In this document: piece by piece, positions 1 to 13,571 of the stretch | Layout of the letters: every line of letters begins with the position of its first letter | Numbering within the stretch: position 1 is the stretch's first letter | DNA from: Ancylonema sp. | Taxonomy: Eukaryota | NCBI GenBank assembly: GCA_050230475.1 | Contig: JBFLGF010000094.1 | Coordinates: 1 to 64,000 of the forward strand | Reading direction: 5' to 3' | Length of the DNA stretch: 64,000 bases | Notes under the pieces: model-generated | Databases searched by the model: none | The model's input: only the letters and a program-made list of their open reading frames with translations | Told to the model about the DNA's origin: nothing | Program-made: the position numbers and the translations under genes

Positions 1-437
1 TATGGAAGGTGTGGAGCGTGGTTCTACGGGAAGGAATATGAGTCCGTGTGGCATAACGTCTTTGGATGGTGTGACTGGTTCTAGAAATGAAGAAGACATG
101 CTCTGTTTGGAGGAGGTAGAATGGGATTAGAGTAATTTCACCAAGCATGGGAGTGTCGGAGTGTTCAAGGTTACTAAGTGATTCATTGGAATGGTATGAA
201 AATGGGAAAGTTCCCAGATCTTTCAACGGTCGCGTGTGAATAAGGAAGTTCCGGTGTAGTCCATCGAGTCAATCTGAATCGTTTGATAAAATATCCTACT
301 TTCCGACATTACTCGATCCGACGACATTGACGCAACTGACGATTCGAGCGCATCCACAAAAGCCCGCTCGTTCTACAAAAATAGTGACGGTTACGGACCC
401 GAGATCCAGAAGTGTAAATTTTGATTGGGAGCTCCTA

Positions 438-944
438 CAGTGCAGTCTTGATATAGTGATAATTTTATAGATATGGGGATTTAATGTCACTATATCGAAT
501 CAAGTGTCACTACACCGAGAGAAAGTGAAATTTAGGTCGATATTTTTAAGAGAAGTTGCTCATCTGAACGGCGTTTGTTGTTATATAATGTCGCTACAAT
601 TTTACCTCTCTACATGATCAATGTTGGAACCCCAAAAAAAATGAAATAAGAGTGGTTATCAATTTACACGTCAGATTTTGAATGAAAACCGAAATCGGGC
701 GGAATATTTTCTATTAAATTAGATAGGTTATTAATTTGGGAAGTATAAAATTAGACAGGGTTCACCATATAGTGACATCGCAATATTGAAATCTGGGATT
801 TTTTGGTCACAACAACGTGTGTCAGTATAGCGATTGTCACTATATACACTAGGTTTTCGTATAGGATTAGGAAAAGGGCAAATAAAAATGTCATTATATC
901 GAGATTGTCACCGTACAGTGTGTCACTATATCAATATTGCACTG
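438..944. mobile_element. Non-autonomous Tc1/mariner-pogo-type element (MITE)
   Basis: TIRs CAGTGCAGTCTTGATATAGTGA / TCACTATATCAATATTGCACTG, TA dinucleotides at 436-437 and 945-946, and internal repeats of the GTCACTATATC motif. No ORF. Confidence 0.8.
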
Positions 945-960
945 TACTATGTTTCTAATA

Positions 961-1240
961 CCGTACCGGCCAGATTTATACCCTGAGAATTTCAAAATTA
1001 ATTAATTAAACAACCCCTACCCCTTTAATACCTACCCCCAGAACAATTAATAAACGTCCCCCACCCCATCCCCTACCCCTAAAATTGTAAGTAATTATGG
1101 TCCCCTACCCCGAGAACAATTAATGAACGTCCCTTACGCCATCACCTACCCCTAGAATTGTAATTAATATAATCCCCTACCTTGACCTACCCCTACCCCC
1201 CTAGTAATTAATTATCAAGGTATAAATCTGGCCGGTACGG
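961..1240. mobile_element. MITE with CCGTA-type TIRs (Tc1/mariner superfamily-like)
   Basis: Perfect 22-bp TIR CCGTACCGGCCAGATTTATACC / GGTATAAATCTGGCCGGTACGG. Flanked by TA on the left and GTA on the right. Interior consists of CCCCTACCCC and AATTAAT repeats. Confidence 0.8.
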
Positions 1241-1244
1241 GTAA

Positions 1245-1709
1245 TGTTAGGAGTGGAATAAAATGGAACTGCTAGCAATCTATGTTGCAAGTGCACACAT
1301 AAGGCAATGGAAAAATGAGCCGATAAGATGGAGGCTAATGAGCCGATGATCAAATGGTAGGCTAATGAGCCGATGATCAAATGGTTTGGTTGATACGGTA
1401 GGCACAACAAGGTGCAAGTACAAGAGTTGATAGGAATGCTCTAGAGGTATTCCTATCGGCTAGATATAGGAAAGTCGGCCCTAGCCGACTCTGGGCGGCT
1501 AAGTACACAACAAAATCTGGCTAAAGGCACAACTGCCATGACTAAGGACACAACATAATACTCCCTAGGGGCCAGGCGGCCGCTAGGGACACAAGTCTCA
1601 CTATAAAGGGGGAAAACTCGCTATAGGGAAATATGCTCTAATAGCGCTCTAGCGATAAGTGTGGGGACCTCGCTAAGGAGCCCTAGTGAGTGTAGCGAGG
1701 GTCCTAACA
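1245..1709 (-). repeat. 3' LTR of Gypsy copy 1
   Basis: TGTTAGG...CCTAACA termini, adjacent to the PPT; matches 6445-6578 and 13162-13571. Confidence 0.9.
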
Positions 1710-4700
1710 GTACCCCCCCCTCAAGGCGCGGAACGCGATGAGGGAGGCGGAAGGCCGGTCAGGAAACGTGGCATGGAAATATGCGACCGCGTCAGCGGCA
1801 TTTCCCATGTTGTCGGCAGGTTCCCAAGAACGCTCCGATTCATCGTACCCGACCCAGTCGACGAGGTAAAAGAGCTGGCCCCGCACGATCTTGGGAATCC
1901 AGAACTGTGGCCACCTCATGTTGTGGCGCGCCGTCCACAACGACCGCCGGAGGTGGAGGCGCCACGACACGACCTGGAAACGTGTTGTTGGGATTGTGCG
2001 GCTCTAGGAGGCTGTGACGTGGAAGACGGGATGGATTTTCAGGGAGGACGGCAAAACTCCAAGCGATAAGACGAGGTTCCGATTTGGCCAATCACAAGAA
2101 ATGGACCCAGGCGACGGACATCCGGTTTCGAGGAAGGACGAGTGGATCCGACGTGGCGACGGGACAGCCATACTTTTTGAGCAGGGGAAAAGATCGGAGC
2201 CGATCTGCGCCTCCGATTGGCCGAAGTTTCCATCGCCCGCTGGGATTTGCGAAGCGCTGCTGACTAGAGGAAATCTTGGGTGTCGTGGATCGTTTTGACG
2301 TAGTCGTCGGCTGGCTGCTTGGGGGAATTGGGGGAGGGTGGGAGCACCGACATCTGCGGGTGGGAGCAGCGACATCTGCGGGTGGAAGCTGTAGTTGGCA
2401 AAAAACGGGGAGAGGGTGGTGGCGGAGTGTTTCGAGTTGTTATAAGCGAACTCCGCCAGCGGCAGAAGTCTGGCCCAATCGGACTGTTGGTAATCGGTGT
2501 AGATGCGCAGGAATTGCTCCACAACCTAATTCAGGCGCACCGCCTGCCCGTCCGACCGCGGGTGAAAAGTAGTGGAGCGGTTGGCCCGGATGCCTAGCAG
2601 CTCCAGCAGCCGGCGCCAAAAGTGGTTGGTGAAAATGGGGTCACGGTCGCTGATGAGGCTGTTGAGCAACCCATGCAGGCGCCCACCTGCTGCACGAAAA
2701 TCGTTGCGACCTCGGGAGCTGCCATGGCCTTGGTGGTAGGGATGAAGTGGGCCTGCTTCGTCAGCCGGTCGACGACCACCAGAAATTGCATCATGGTAGT
2801 CGCTAGGGGGAAGGTAAGTGGTATAATCTAGGGAGACACTGGACCAAGGCTGGGGTAGGGATAGGTAGGGGGGGACAACAGTTCATAGGGCGCGTGGCGC
2901 ACCGGCTTGTTCCGGGCGCAGACGTCGCACGTGCGCACGTACTCCTCCACTGCCTTTGATATACCGGGCCAGTGGAAGTACTGCGCCACCAGCACGTGCG
3001 TGCGGGCAGTGCCGAAGTGGCCTGCCATAGGTGCATCGTGGTACTAGGCCAGGATAGATAGGATAAGGTCTGCAGCGGTAGGGGGAATCGCGAGGCGGCT
3101 GCCATGGTAGAGAAGGCCGTCTCGTAGGGTGTAGGGGAATTGGGACTCGCCTGCAGTGCGACTCGGGTTGGATTCCCGAGCGGGTCCGGGTTGTAGGGAA
3201 GTAGCGATAGCGTGAAGGGTTGGGTCGGCTAGCTGGGCAGCTCGAATGTCTGGGAGGATGGGGTCGTTAGGTGCCAGAAGGATAGCCGCAGCTCGCACGG
3301 GAACTCGGAGGAGAGCGGGGGGGGGTAGGACTGGGCGGTGGGGGGATGTGGCTGGGAGCAAGTAGTCAGGTCTGCGAGAAAGGGCATCCGGCTTGCCATT
3401 GCTGGACCCTTTTTTGTAGACGATGGTGAAGTCGTAGGCTGCCAGCGTCTCAGCCCACCGAGCGTGTCGTCGAGAGGTAGTTCGAGCGGCCTGAAAGTAC
3501 TCCAGGTTCTTATGGTCGGTGTAGACGACGATAGGGTGGGCCGCTCCCTCCAGGTAGACCCGCCACTGCGGAAGGCAGCCACGATGGCTAGCAGCTCCTT
3601 ATCGTAGAGGGGGTAGTTCAGTTCTGGCCGGGTTGAACTTCCTGGAGTAGAACGCGATGGGGTGGAGCTCGCCACCTGGGTCTGGCTCCGATAGGATGCA
3701 GCCGAGGCCGAAGTCTGAGGCGTCTGCTTCGATGGTAAGTGGCTGCAGGGGTTGGAAGTGTTGCAGGACTGGGGCTGAGGTGAAGGCCAGCTTGAGGGAT
3801 TGGAAAGCCGCCTCCGCCCCAGGCGACCAGCCGAACTTTGCCCCCTTTCGGGTCAGGGAGGTAAGGGGGCACGCCACCGTAGAGTAACCATTGATGAAGC
3901 GTCTGTAGAAGTTAGCACAGCCGAGAAAGGACTGGACCTCCTTGACTGACTAGGGTGTTGGCCAGTCAAGAAGAGATGCCACCTTCTCGGGGTCCATACC
4001 CACGCCGGCTGGGGATACCCGGTAGCCTAGGAAGTCGATAGTATTAGTGTGGAACTGACACTTCTCTAGCTTAGCATAAAGCTTGTTCTCCCGTAGGAGT
4101 GCCAGGATAGCACGGACGTGGGGGGACATGTTCTTCAGGGGAGGGGGAGTAGATGATCATGTCGTCGAGTAGACCCGCGAGGAAGACGTCTAGGTGTTCT
4201 CGAAACACATCGTCAATGAAAGACTAAAAAGCTGCAGGAGCATTGGTAGGCCCAAAAGGGCAGACCTGGTACTCGTATTGGCCGTAGCGGCAGCGAAAAG
4301 CAGTCTTGTACTCATCCCCCTCCTTGACGCGCAGCTGGTGATAAGCATTGCGCAAGTCACTCTTGGTCAATCTTGGTGAAGATTGTGGCGGTGTTCAGAC
4401 GGTCCAGTAGCTCAGGTATGAGGGGTAGGGGGCAACGGTTTTTTAGTGTGACCGCGTTGAGGCCTCTGTAGTCCACACAGAGCCGCAACTTGCCATCGGG
4501 CTTCTTAATGAACATCACAAGTGCTCCTCTTGGGCTAGTTGAAGGCCTGATGAACCCATTTGCCAAGTTGTCTGTTATGTAGGCTTTCAGGGTAGCCAAC
4601 TTCGGCTCCGAGAGGGAGTAGATCGGCCCCCAAGGTGGCTCTTTCCCGGGCAGGAGGGGAATCTCGAGGTCATACGGGCGGTGGGGGGGAAGGGTGTTTG

Positions 4701-6444
4701 CAACCTGCTCCGAGAACACATCTGCGAAGTCGTGTTACGCCGGGGGGAGCTTGGCGAAGATGGCTGGATCAGGGGGAGGGTGGAGGACAGCGGCTAAAAC
4801 TGCTGGTTTGGGTAAGGGAAGGGCAGGGGAGGGGGAGGGGGGGGGAAGGCTAGAGACCAAGCAGTCTGTTGCACAAAAGAGGTTGGTGAAGGACACCTGT
4901 TCCGCTTGCCAGTCGATTGTAGGGTTATGTTTGTGGAGCCAGGGAAAGCCCAGCACCACAGAGTAGTGGGCCAGACGGGTCACATCCAGGTGCAGGGTCT
5001 CGGTGTGGTCACCTAGGCATCTGACCTTGGCATCGTAATAGCAGGTGATAGGGCCTGGTGCGGGTGGACTGCCATCTATCAGTTCGACTGGGATAGGTTG
5101 GGGGTGGGGTTGGGTGATCAGGTTATGGTTTGCGAGGAGGGAGGGGTCCCGATGCACCACAGTCGACGAGATCGACAACGGTAATAGGGGGGAGGGGGTA
5201 TTGGAGGAGTTAAATGGAAATGGTGAGTTGGCGGGGAGTGGAATGGGGGAAGGGTGGGGAAAGGGAACCCAAACAGACCCCTCCTAGGACAGAGTGGGGG
5301 GGTCGTGTTTTGGCTCCTCAGGCTGCACATCCAAGAAGCGCACGGATCTGGACTTGTTTTTGTTGGGACAGTTTGCAAGCACGTGGCCGGACAGACCCCA
5401 ATAGTGGCACAGATTGCCCTCCTTGCGTTTGGCCGACTCTGTGGGCTGCAACTTGAGGACCTGTCAGCGGGTCACATCGATGTCCATGGCGACCACCGGG
5501 AGGTGAGGGGGAATCTACTAAGGGGGGATCTGATCAGCAATTCTGGCCTAGGGGGGGACGTAGGTTGAGCGGAAGGGTTTGTCCAGGCAAGCAGCAGCCA
5601 GGGCGTTTTCTACGTTCTTCACAAAGGTAACATACTCCGAGAAGGTTTTAGGGGGTGTTGAAACCTTCAGGATCTCTTGCCGCAACTCGGGTTTCAGCCT
5701 TTCAAAGTAAGTGAAGATCATAGGATGATCTCCCCACCCCTGAAACCCCCTCACTAAGGTTCTGAACTTGGCGGTAAAGTATTGAACGGCCCCTGTCTGC
5801 TTGAGTTCACGCAGCTGGCGTTCCTTGGTTATGTTGGAGGGGATGTCGCCAAAGGCCTCACTCAGACCTTCCAGGAAGGCGTGCACATCATAGCCAGCGG
5901 AAAGGTTGCCTTCCGGGTCATGCTGCTCAGTGAACCACTCGCCAGCAACACTAGTTAGGAAGGAGGAAAAGTAGAGGACCGTATGGTCAGGATCGGAGAA
6001 TCTGATAGAAGCCACCCGGATCTGGCTGCGCACTAGCCGTAGGAAGGTAGCCAGACTTGCAGAATCGCCATAATACTTGTGTAGATCAGGAAGGACAATT
6101 TCTGAAGGGGCTGGCTGGTAGGCTGGTTGATAAACAGGGACAGGTTGTGGGATAGGAGGGGGTTGGGCTGAGATAGGCGATGGGGTGCTGAGGTGCGCCT
6201 CCACCACCTTTTATTTCTCATTAAGCTCATTGGATTGAGCAAATAAAGTCGTGATTTTTTCATATGTTTTGGCGTGCCGTTCCATATTTTCACTCATTTG
6301 CAAACTCATGGCTTTCAAAATCTCCATAATTTGTTGCATCTCCATGAGGAAAGAATGTGAAACCCCCAAAAAAAACGGCGGCCGAAAAATGAGGTTTTTG
6401 CCTAAAAAAAAAGTTGAAAAACCCCAATTGTATTCCTATCAAAG

Positions 6445-6578
6445 TGTTAGGAGTGGAATAGAATGGAACTCCTAGCAATCTATGTTGCAAGTGCACACAC
6501 AAAGCAATGGAAATGATCCGATTAAGATGGAGGCTAATGAGCCGATGATCAAATGGTTTGGATGATATGGTAGGTACA
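6445..6578 (-). repeat. Truncated 5' LTR (U5 part) of Gypsy copy 1
   Basis: Matches the start of the 1245-1709 LTR, then switches abruptly into Copia RNase H sequence. The PBS lies at 6432-6444. Confidence 0.88.
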
Positions 6579-9500
6579 TATCTCAGTCTACCCTTCCTGT
6601 GGCACTCCCTGACCCAATGATAGACCACGTTAAAGTGTTTGGCCTTTTGGCGGTGGACAGGGTTGATGATCATGGACAAGGCTGAGTTGGAGTCGGCATG
6701 CAGAGTAATCTGAACTGGCATCTTATGCTCATGCAGGAGCGATTTAAGGTTGCAACACTCCTTACTGACACTATACGCTGCGGTATACTCTACCTCTTCC
6801 GTACTCTATGCTACTGTGGAGTGTTTCTAAATCTTCCAGCTGAGGGCTGTCCCTCCTACTGTGGTGACCCATCCTGTGACTAACTTAGCTGGCATGGGGC
6901 AACTCTTGTAACTAGCATCACAAAACCCCTTAATCTCCAAACGTTTCTTCCCTACAAACGTAAGGCCGTGATCCTGAATACCCTTTAGATAGCGGAAGAG
7001 ATGGTGAAGTGCCTTGATATGATTAGGGCCAAGGTTGGACATGTGTTTTGCTAGCACCCCTACAGTGTACGCAATGTCTAACCTGGTCTGTTTCATAGCA
7101 TAGATTAAACTTCCTATTTTCCCTCTAAAGTCTGTGATAGCTTCAGGGGTAGGGGGGGAGGAGGGTTCATCACTTAGGGAGAATTGGGTTCCAGGGGCAA
7201 GGGGAAGTTTGGTGGGGTTACAGTCCCCCATACCATACCGGATCCGGCACTTGCCGCACGTACCCGCCCTGAAAAAGCGTTAGCATCCTGCACCCCCTGT
7301 CACGTCTCACTTCCTCCACCCCCAGGATGTGGGTTAGGGGACCTAAGTCTTTCATTTTGAAAGCTGACCCTAACTCCTTCTTCTTGAACTCTGCAATTAC
7401 CTTTTTATTAGGACCTACAATGACCTGATCATCTACATGAATACCCAAAATAATCATGCTCTGACCCTCACCCCTGGTATATATACAAGTGTCCATAATA
7501 GACTGTTTAAACCCCACTTTCAGCATGAACTCACTAAACATCTTAGCCCAGACGTGGCTACTCTGTTTAAGGCCATATAGGGCACCTCGCACTCTTAACA
7601 CCTTGCCCTTCATACCAAGTGGGAATCGTCATGTAAACCTCTTCCTCTAGCCTGCCATGCAAAAAGGCAGTCACTACGTCCAGACCCTCAATCTCCCAGT
7701 CATTTTGGTTAGCTATAGCAAGCAGCAAGGAAATGGAAGTGCTATCTACGACAGGTGCAAAAACCTCAAACCTCGTTATAGTGTACACCCTCTTGCTGCA
7801 TAAATCCCTGGGCTACCAGCCTCACCCTATGCCTCTCGATCTCACCAGAAGGCAAGAGTTTGAGTTTGAAAACGTACTTACAGCCAACAAGCCGCTTTTC
7901 GGGGGGAAGCACACACACTTCAAAAGTTTTGAAGTCCTCCATCGACTGCAGCTCAGTCTGAATCGCGTCCTCCCACTGCTGCCAGTCAGGTATTTTCTTC
8001 GCTTGGTTAAGGGTGAGTGGGTCAGAAGAGTTAGTTGTCTGGCTAGCAAGAACATAACCTGGATCAAGTGGCCCATTAAAACCCGTGAAAAAACAGGAAG
8101 GTTCAAAGTTGTCAACAGGCATCTGCCCACATGCAATAGCGTCAATGACATCCTCATCCAACTCTTCCCCATCACATCAACACACATCCCCAAACTCAGC
8201 AAAGTTTACCCGTCGCCTCGCCATCACGCGATCCGCGATGCTGTGCTCCTCCACCCCCGCTTCAGGACCCCCTCCTTCAACACCCCCTCCTTGCACCTCC
8301 CCCTCCTCATCTCCACCCCCCATATCATTGACCCCTGACTCCGAGAGCTCGATGACTTATAGCTGGTGTGGCTGGACGGCTGGTACATGGGCTGCAAGGA
8401 CTGCTGGGACATGGCCTGGTGCTCTAGCTGTTGCTGGGTCGTCATCTTCACCACACGGGAAAAACTTGAATAATTGCTCATCTGAGGGAGGGGAAAGTGG
8501 CTGCGCTGGTGCCTTTTGCCCCATCAACCGGGGGTAGCCTAGCACGGAGTCGTAAAAGCGCAAGTTTGTCCTCACGATGAGACAAGCTCGCAGGGGATCA
8601 AAAATCTTGTACCCTGCCTGCCTAGCTGGCATCCCCAGAAACACCCCAAAAAATGTCCTAGATGCAAACTTAGCACTCTTGGAATCCTTATCGTGTCCAA
8701 CCTTCAAATATTGGACCAGGCACTCGAGTGTGTGGTTGTCTTGATACCTAGCCTTCTTCTTCGACCAAACCTTAGTCGGTTTCTCACCCCCCACTGCTGC
8801 TGTTGGTGACCTATTCCTGAGCGAGTTTGCATGCAACACTGCAACATCCGAATAAGACTTAGGAAGTCCACTCCACAGCAACAGGCATCTCATCATCTCT
8901 AGCAAGGTTCTATTTAGCCGTTCACAAATCCCATTCTGTTGAGGACTGTACGGACTTGTCAACTCATGCTTAAAACCTTTACTATTAGCAAACTTAGTCC
9001 ACTCATGTGAGTCATACTCTCCTCCCATGTCAGTCTTGGTCGACTTAAGCAGTAAATCAGACTCGACCTCTAGCATCTGGACCAAATCCTTGGTAACTTC
9101 CACTGCCTCACTCTTTTTCTTCAGCAGACTGACAAAGGACACTCTTGTGCTGACCTCTATCCTTGACTGGAAATACTGGTATCCCCCATTTGCTGACACT
9201 ACAACCAAAGGCCCTACCAAAACCAAGTGGATTATCCCCATCTTCTCTGCATGACCTAGATCCTCATTACTGTCCAACTTAGACCGGTGTGGCAGCTGAG
9301 TCATCTTGCCCCGGCAACATATCCGATGGTTCTTAACCTGCTCGACCTCCTCTACAGTCAGCCTCGGTATATCGCCACTTCTAGACATGTCTGACATAGC
9401 ATGAAGACCACGGTGACCCGGTCTGATGTGCCTGAGCATGCCAGTGGACGTGATCAGTGCCACCAATGGCTTTGAAGCTGTAGGTGGGAGATGAACGACA

Positions 9501-12187
9501 TGCGCGGAAAGTAGGAGTAACCCTGAATTGGTTTCCATAACATCTACCCACTTTTCACCCCCCAAAGATAGAGATGGCACCCCACTGATCTACCCACTAA
9601 GATTGAAGCCGATTTGAGCACCCTTGTTGAGCTTGTTGACGGAGACGAGAGTCTGGCCCAGCGATGGCACATGCAGCGACCGCAACCCAAAATAGAACTT
9701 CCTCTTTCCACAGGTCACCTGGATTGCGACGATCCCAATTCCCATCACCTGATGGGGTCTGTTGTCAGCCGTTTTGACGAAGCTACAGCTGAGGGGGACA
9801 TTGGAGTCGTAGGAATGGAACCGATCACGTCGAGGGAAGACGTGGTCCGTGGCCCATGTGTCCAGGATAAGATACTGCCCCTCGTGCGATGCCGATAACA
9901 CTTGAATGCTGCTTGGGTAGACTGCCATCCCAAAATTCCCCTTTCCAACCCCTCCTCCGAAGTCGAGCGCAACTTTTCCCAAGCTCTGCACCCCTGCAGC
10001 ATCCTGCCACATCACGGTGCAGGCTTCATGCTCATGCCCGGGTCGCTTGCGGTAGGTACACAACAGGGCATTCTGCTGTCGTTTTCCTCCTTGCTGTCGA
10101 TTCTTCCTGTACTGCTGACCTCCGCCACGCCCTCCACCGAATTGCTGCTTCCCCCCTTGATGTCGTCCCTGTCCTCCTGACTGCTGGCCGTCTTGCCGCA
10201 ATGGTCGTCGGCAGTCTCGCATGAGGTGGCCTGGCTCGCCGCAGTTGTGGCATTTCTTATGTGGTCCAACTCCTCGAGCCTGGCCACCTCCCCCTCCGTT
10301 CGGATAGCTGGTACGATAGTGGCCAAATTGTTGGCAACCGTGGCAACGCACGTTGCTCAAATCTGGCCCTTGCTGGCACCTGCCGCTAGGTCCGGCTCCT
10401 CGAGATCCGTCGTAGTGCGCCTGCGGACCACCGATAGGCTCGCCACGCTTCCACGCGCTGACGATCAACTTCGTGTCCTTCCGCTGCAGAGCTGAGGTGA
10501 TGTGGGGGATTGTGTAGAGGTTGGGTGAAGACACCGCCCAGCTCTAGACGACCTCCACCATGGAGTCGTATCGGGAGCTGAGGCAGTTGATTAGGTTGGT
10601 CGCCTGGTCTGCTTCGCTGACGGGCTTGCCGAGATGCGCGAGCTCTCCATGGATGACATGCAGGCGTTTGACAAACTCTTGTAAGTCCTCAGCCTCACCC
10701 ATCACCGTAGCACTCAGTTTAGCCAGGGCCTTAGCTACTTCAATAGCGCCCTGGACTTCGTAAAATGATGCAAGGTTGTTCCACATATCATATGCGTAAT
10801 CACAGTCCCTAACATGCACCTCCTCTGACGGACCTAAGAACCTGACAATGTAGGCCTGCGCCTTCAAATCCTCCGCATCCCATTCATCCCCAATAACATT
10901 TCTAGCATCAACACTTTGCTGGTGTGCATTAGCAGCAGCTCTTCGAGCTGCAGCATCACTAGGTAACGAATTGACTGCTGCTTGCTCGATAAGAGCCGGG
11001 CGAGGTATTCTCGTCCTCCCCTTGAAGTCGACGACATATCGATGCAGCTCTTTCTCAATCAGGCCGAACCTGACCTTAAAGGCCCATCCCTGATATGCTG
11101 CCCCGGTGAAGTGAGGGATATTTTTATCCGCCATCTGCACCCGGGTTAGAACACAAATTCCAACACAAAGATGCAATAGCTAGCAGCTCTAGCAAAAACT
11201 TTGGCGGCAATTTGGAACACGAAGATCTCAGCTCACAATGCATAAAATAGAAGCAGAACGTAATTCAAGAATTACGAGCCTAGCAATTCCGGATCTAATT
11301 GCCCTAACAATTAGGCACAATTTACCTTGATTTCCAGAGCAACTTTGCCTGCGCGTGAAAAACGTGGACATCTATAGGATCCGACCGCTCAGATGTACTA
11401 GAAAATCTGTGGGCCCATAACCTAAAACGATTTGTGTCACTTAACACGGTAGCGCACAAGTTCACTGCTTTACAATACACGACAACAAACTGTACGGTAA
11501 AGCAACAGCGTTTTGGTATGATTGTGTGAAATGTATTTAGAAAAGGTATTCTCGTCGGGCTAATGTACCCGACGAGGCGACAACGGTACAATATTACTGA
11601 ACACTTTTCTAACCGACGGTCGGAACTATCGACCGCCGCGGCCACCGCGCGTGTGTCCACGGCAACATGCCGGACTCGACTGTCACCGCACAAATCGAGC
11701 TAATGGGGTGGTGACACCGCCTAGTATTATACAACGACTACTAGCTAGGTCACGTCCGTACAAGTGTGGACGTGCCGTGTGCGGACGGATACTCGGGTAT
11801 AGCATTCCCGGCTCCGTGTCCTAAAAAGAATCTGAGGCAATTAGCCGGACAAGGCAAACAAGTTATTAATGTGCCTATCCGAACTCAATTCCTAACACCC
11901 CCCCTCGGATGCACAACCTTGTTTGGCATTGTCTACTGCAAAGGAGGACTACCCTACAATGTAGCCGGGTAGTTGGGTCCTTTCCTAGTCAAATATCAAA
12001 ACTAGGGGCTCCTATCTACGTCATCTCAAATCATCACGCTTGAACTTGAAGTGCTCCCGCTCCTTGTCGTTTTTCGGGCCGAAGCCCTGAACATACAAAC
12101 AAAAACACAACAAGTTAGTCGAAAAACAAAAACAGAAGAACAAGCAAACAAGTTATTCATATGCCTATCCGAACTCAATTCCTAACA
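6570..12187 (-). mobile_element. Ty1/Copia LTR retrotransposon (degenerate; 3' end and 3' LTR missing)
   Basis: gag (10544-11176), two CCHC knuckles (one is CHNCGEPGHLMRDC), protease (LILDTWATDH), integrase (KTDMGGEY, SPYSPQQNGICERLNRTL), RT (LDVVTAFLHG, LYGLKQS, HVDD) and RNase H (GFCDASY, KAKHFNVVYHWVRE), in Copia domain order. PBS GGTTATGGGCCCA at 11410-11422. Confidence 0.93.
11423..11897 (-). repeat. Probable 5' LTR of the Copia element
   Basis: Begins TGTTAGGAATTGAG on the minus strand at 11897 and ends directly at the PBS. No second full copy is present to confirm the boundaries, and the 3' end reads TA rather than CA. Confidence 0.6.
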
Positions 12188-12633
12188 GAGTGAACAATCA
12201 AATACGACTCGATTAAAGATTTAATGCAGTTGGGTCCCGGACCACCTTATACTGGACTAGTTTAGACCCGATTTTCATCTATCAATTTTACACAATTTTT
12301 CTACCGAATAAGAAAAAATACCGTCGTCTCCTTGTTGCCATTCTGGTCCTTGAAATGGTTCAATTCCATCTATGACTTTCGTTTGCATATTTGGACCGTC
12401 TCAATAATCTAATGTGGTCGACCAGTACAAAAAAACTCCCTCCCTGACTTTCCATCATGAGCTCACGTGCCCCAAGCTCTTCTTCTCGAGCTATTATGAT
12501 AGTTGGAGACTCGGACATAATGGGATTTCGCCTACCCATCATGTCCATAGACTACTTACCGCGATTATACACCTATTACGTCGCCTACCCATCCATAATG
12601 TAACAAAATGCTCACACTCGACAAGGCGTGCGC

Positions 12634-12689
12634 TGTTAAGAGTGGAATAGAATGGAACTCCTAGCAATCTATGTTGCAAGTGCACACAC
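12634..12689 (-). repeat. Gypsy LTR fragment (U5 tip)
   Basis: Near-identical to 6445-6500. Confidence 0.85.
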
Positions 12690-13161
12690 GGAAGCTGACA
12701 ACGGAAGCTGGCAGATCTGAAAGTACCATTGACTTTTATCTCAAAAGTTGTTGCGCGGTGCTAACCGGCATAGCTAACTAGAGTTAAGCTATCGAAGATA
12801 ACGACAGGCTGGCTTCTAGAAAATTACAATTAATATCGACTCTACGATGAAACGGCGCGAGATATTACAACAGTTCTACAGTTGGATTTAATCGCCGGGA
12901 TTATCGACAAGTCGAAAGTGACTTGTGATTTAACAAAAATCGACACGCAGCTATTTGTTGAAGACTGCTGGATTCTAGACTTCGGAAAACACGCCACGCG
13001 TTATTTTCGAGTCGTACAAATTTCGTACTTCACTATTTTTTTTGTAAAGTACTAATTCTAAAAAGTAGTTGTATCGAATTCTCTTGTTTATAGATGAGTA
13101 TTAATCTAGAGGGGTTTCTGATCAATCTAGAGGGGTTTCGCCTTAGCGATCTCGAGCGTCA

Positions 13162-13571
13162 TGACAAGAGTGGAATAAAATGGAACTCCTAGCAATCTAT
13201 GTTGCAAGTGCACACACAAGGCAATGGCGAAATGGGCCGATAGGATGGAGGCTAATGAGCTGATGGGCAAAATGGTTTGGTTGATATGGTAGGCACAACA
13301 AGGTGCGAATATATGAGTTGATAGGAATGCTCTGAAGGCATTCCTATGGACTAGATATAGTTAAAGTTGACTCTCACAACTCTAATCAAGATGTGGGATA
13401 ACTAGAACTCGTTATAAGAACAAACTGGAAAGCTAAGGGTCAGCACTCGATGTAAGGACAAAGTCGGTAGGGGCACATATATCACTAACTATAAAGGGAC
13501 AAAACTCGCTAAAGGTTAAATTGTGCTAGGAGCGCTAGGGAGCCCTAGTGACTGTAGCGAGGGTCCTAACA
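13162..13571 (-). repeat. Solo or orphan LTR of the Gypsy family
   Basis: Homologous to 1245-1709 at both ends (TG...GGGTCCTAACA) with no adjacent internal domain and no clean 5-bp TSD. Confidence 0.85.

Larger units (their letters stand above)
1245..6578 (-). mobile_element. Ty3/Gypsy chromovirus LTR retrotransposon, copy 1 (degenerate, 5' LTR truncated)
   Basis: On the minus strand: gag (5548-6207), protease region, RT ([17 protein letters not shown]), RNase H (EADASDFGLG, YPLYDKELLAIV), integrase (GHFG, CDVC, VVVDRLTK, WARLLPLAEFAYNN) and chromodomain (FYLVDWVGYDESERSWEP). PPT at 1710-1722. Many frameshifts and stops. Confidence 0.95.

Noticed and set aside
296..490. P-loop-like VVGSSNVGK at the end of a short ORF
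   Set aside because: A stop follows immediately, there are no other NTPase motifs, and the ORF start lies within a MITE.
1010..1203. Interstitial telomere-like CCCCTA repeats
   Set aside because: Not tandem telomeric arrays; they are internal to a TIR-bounded MITE.
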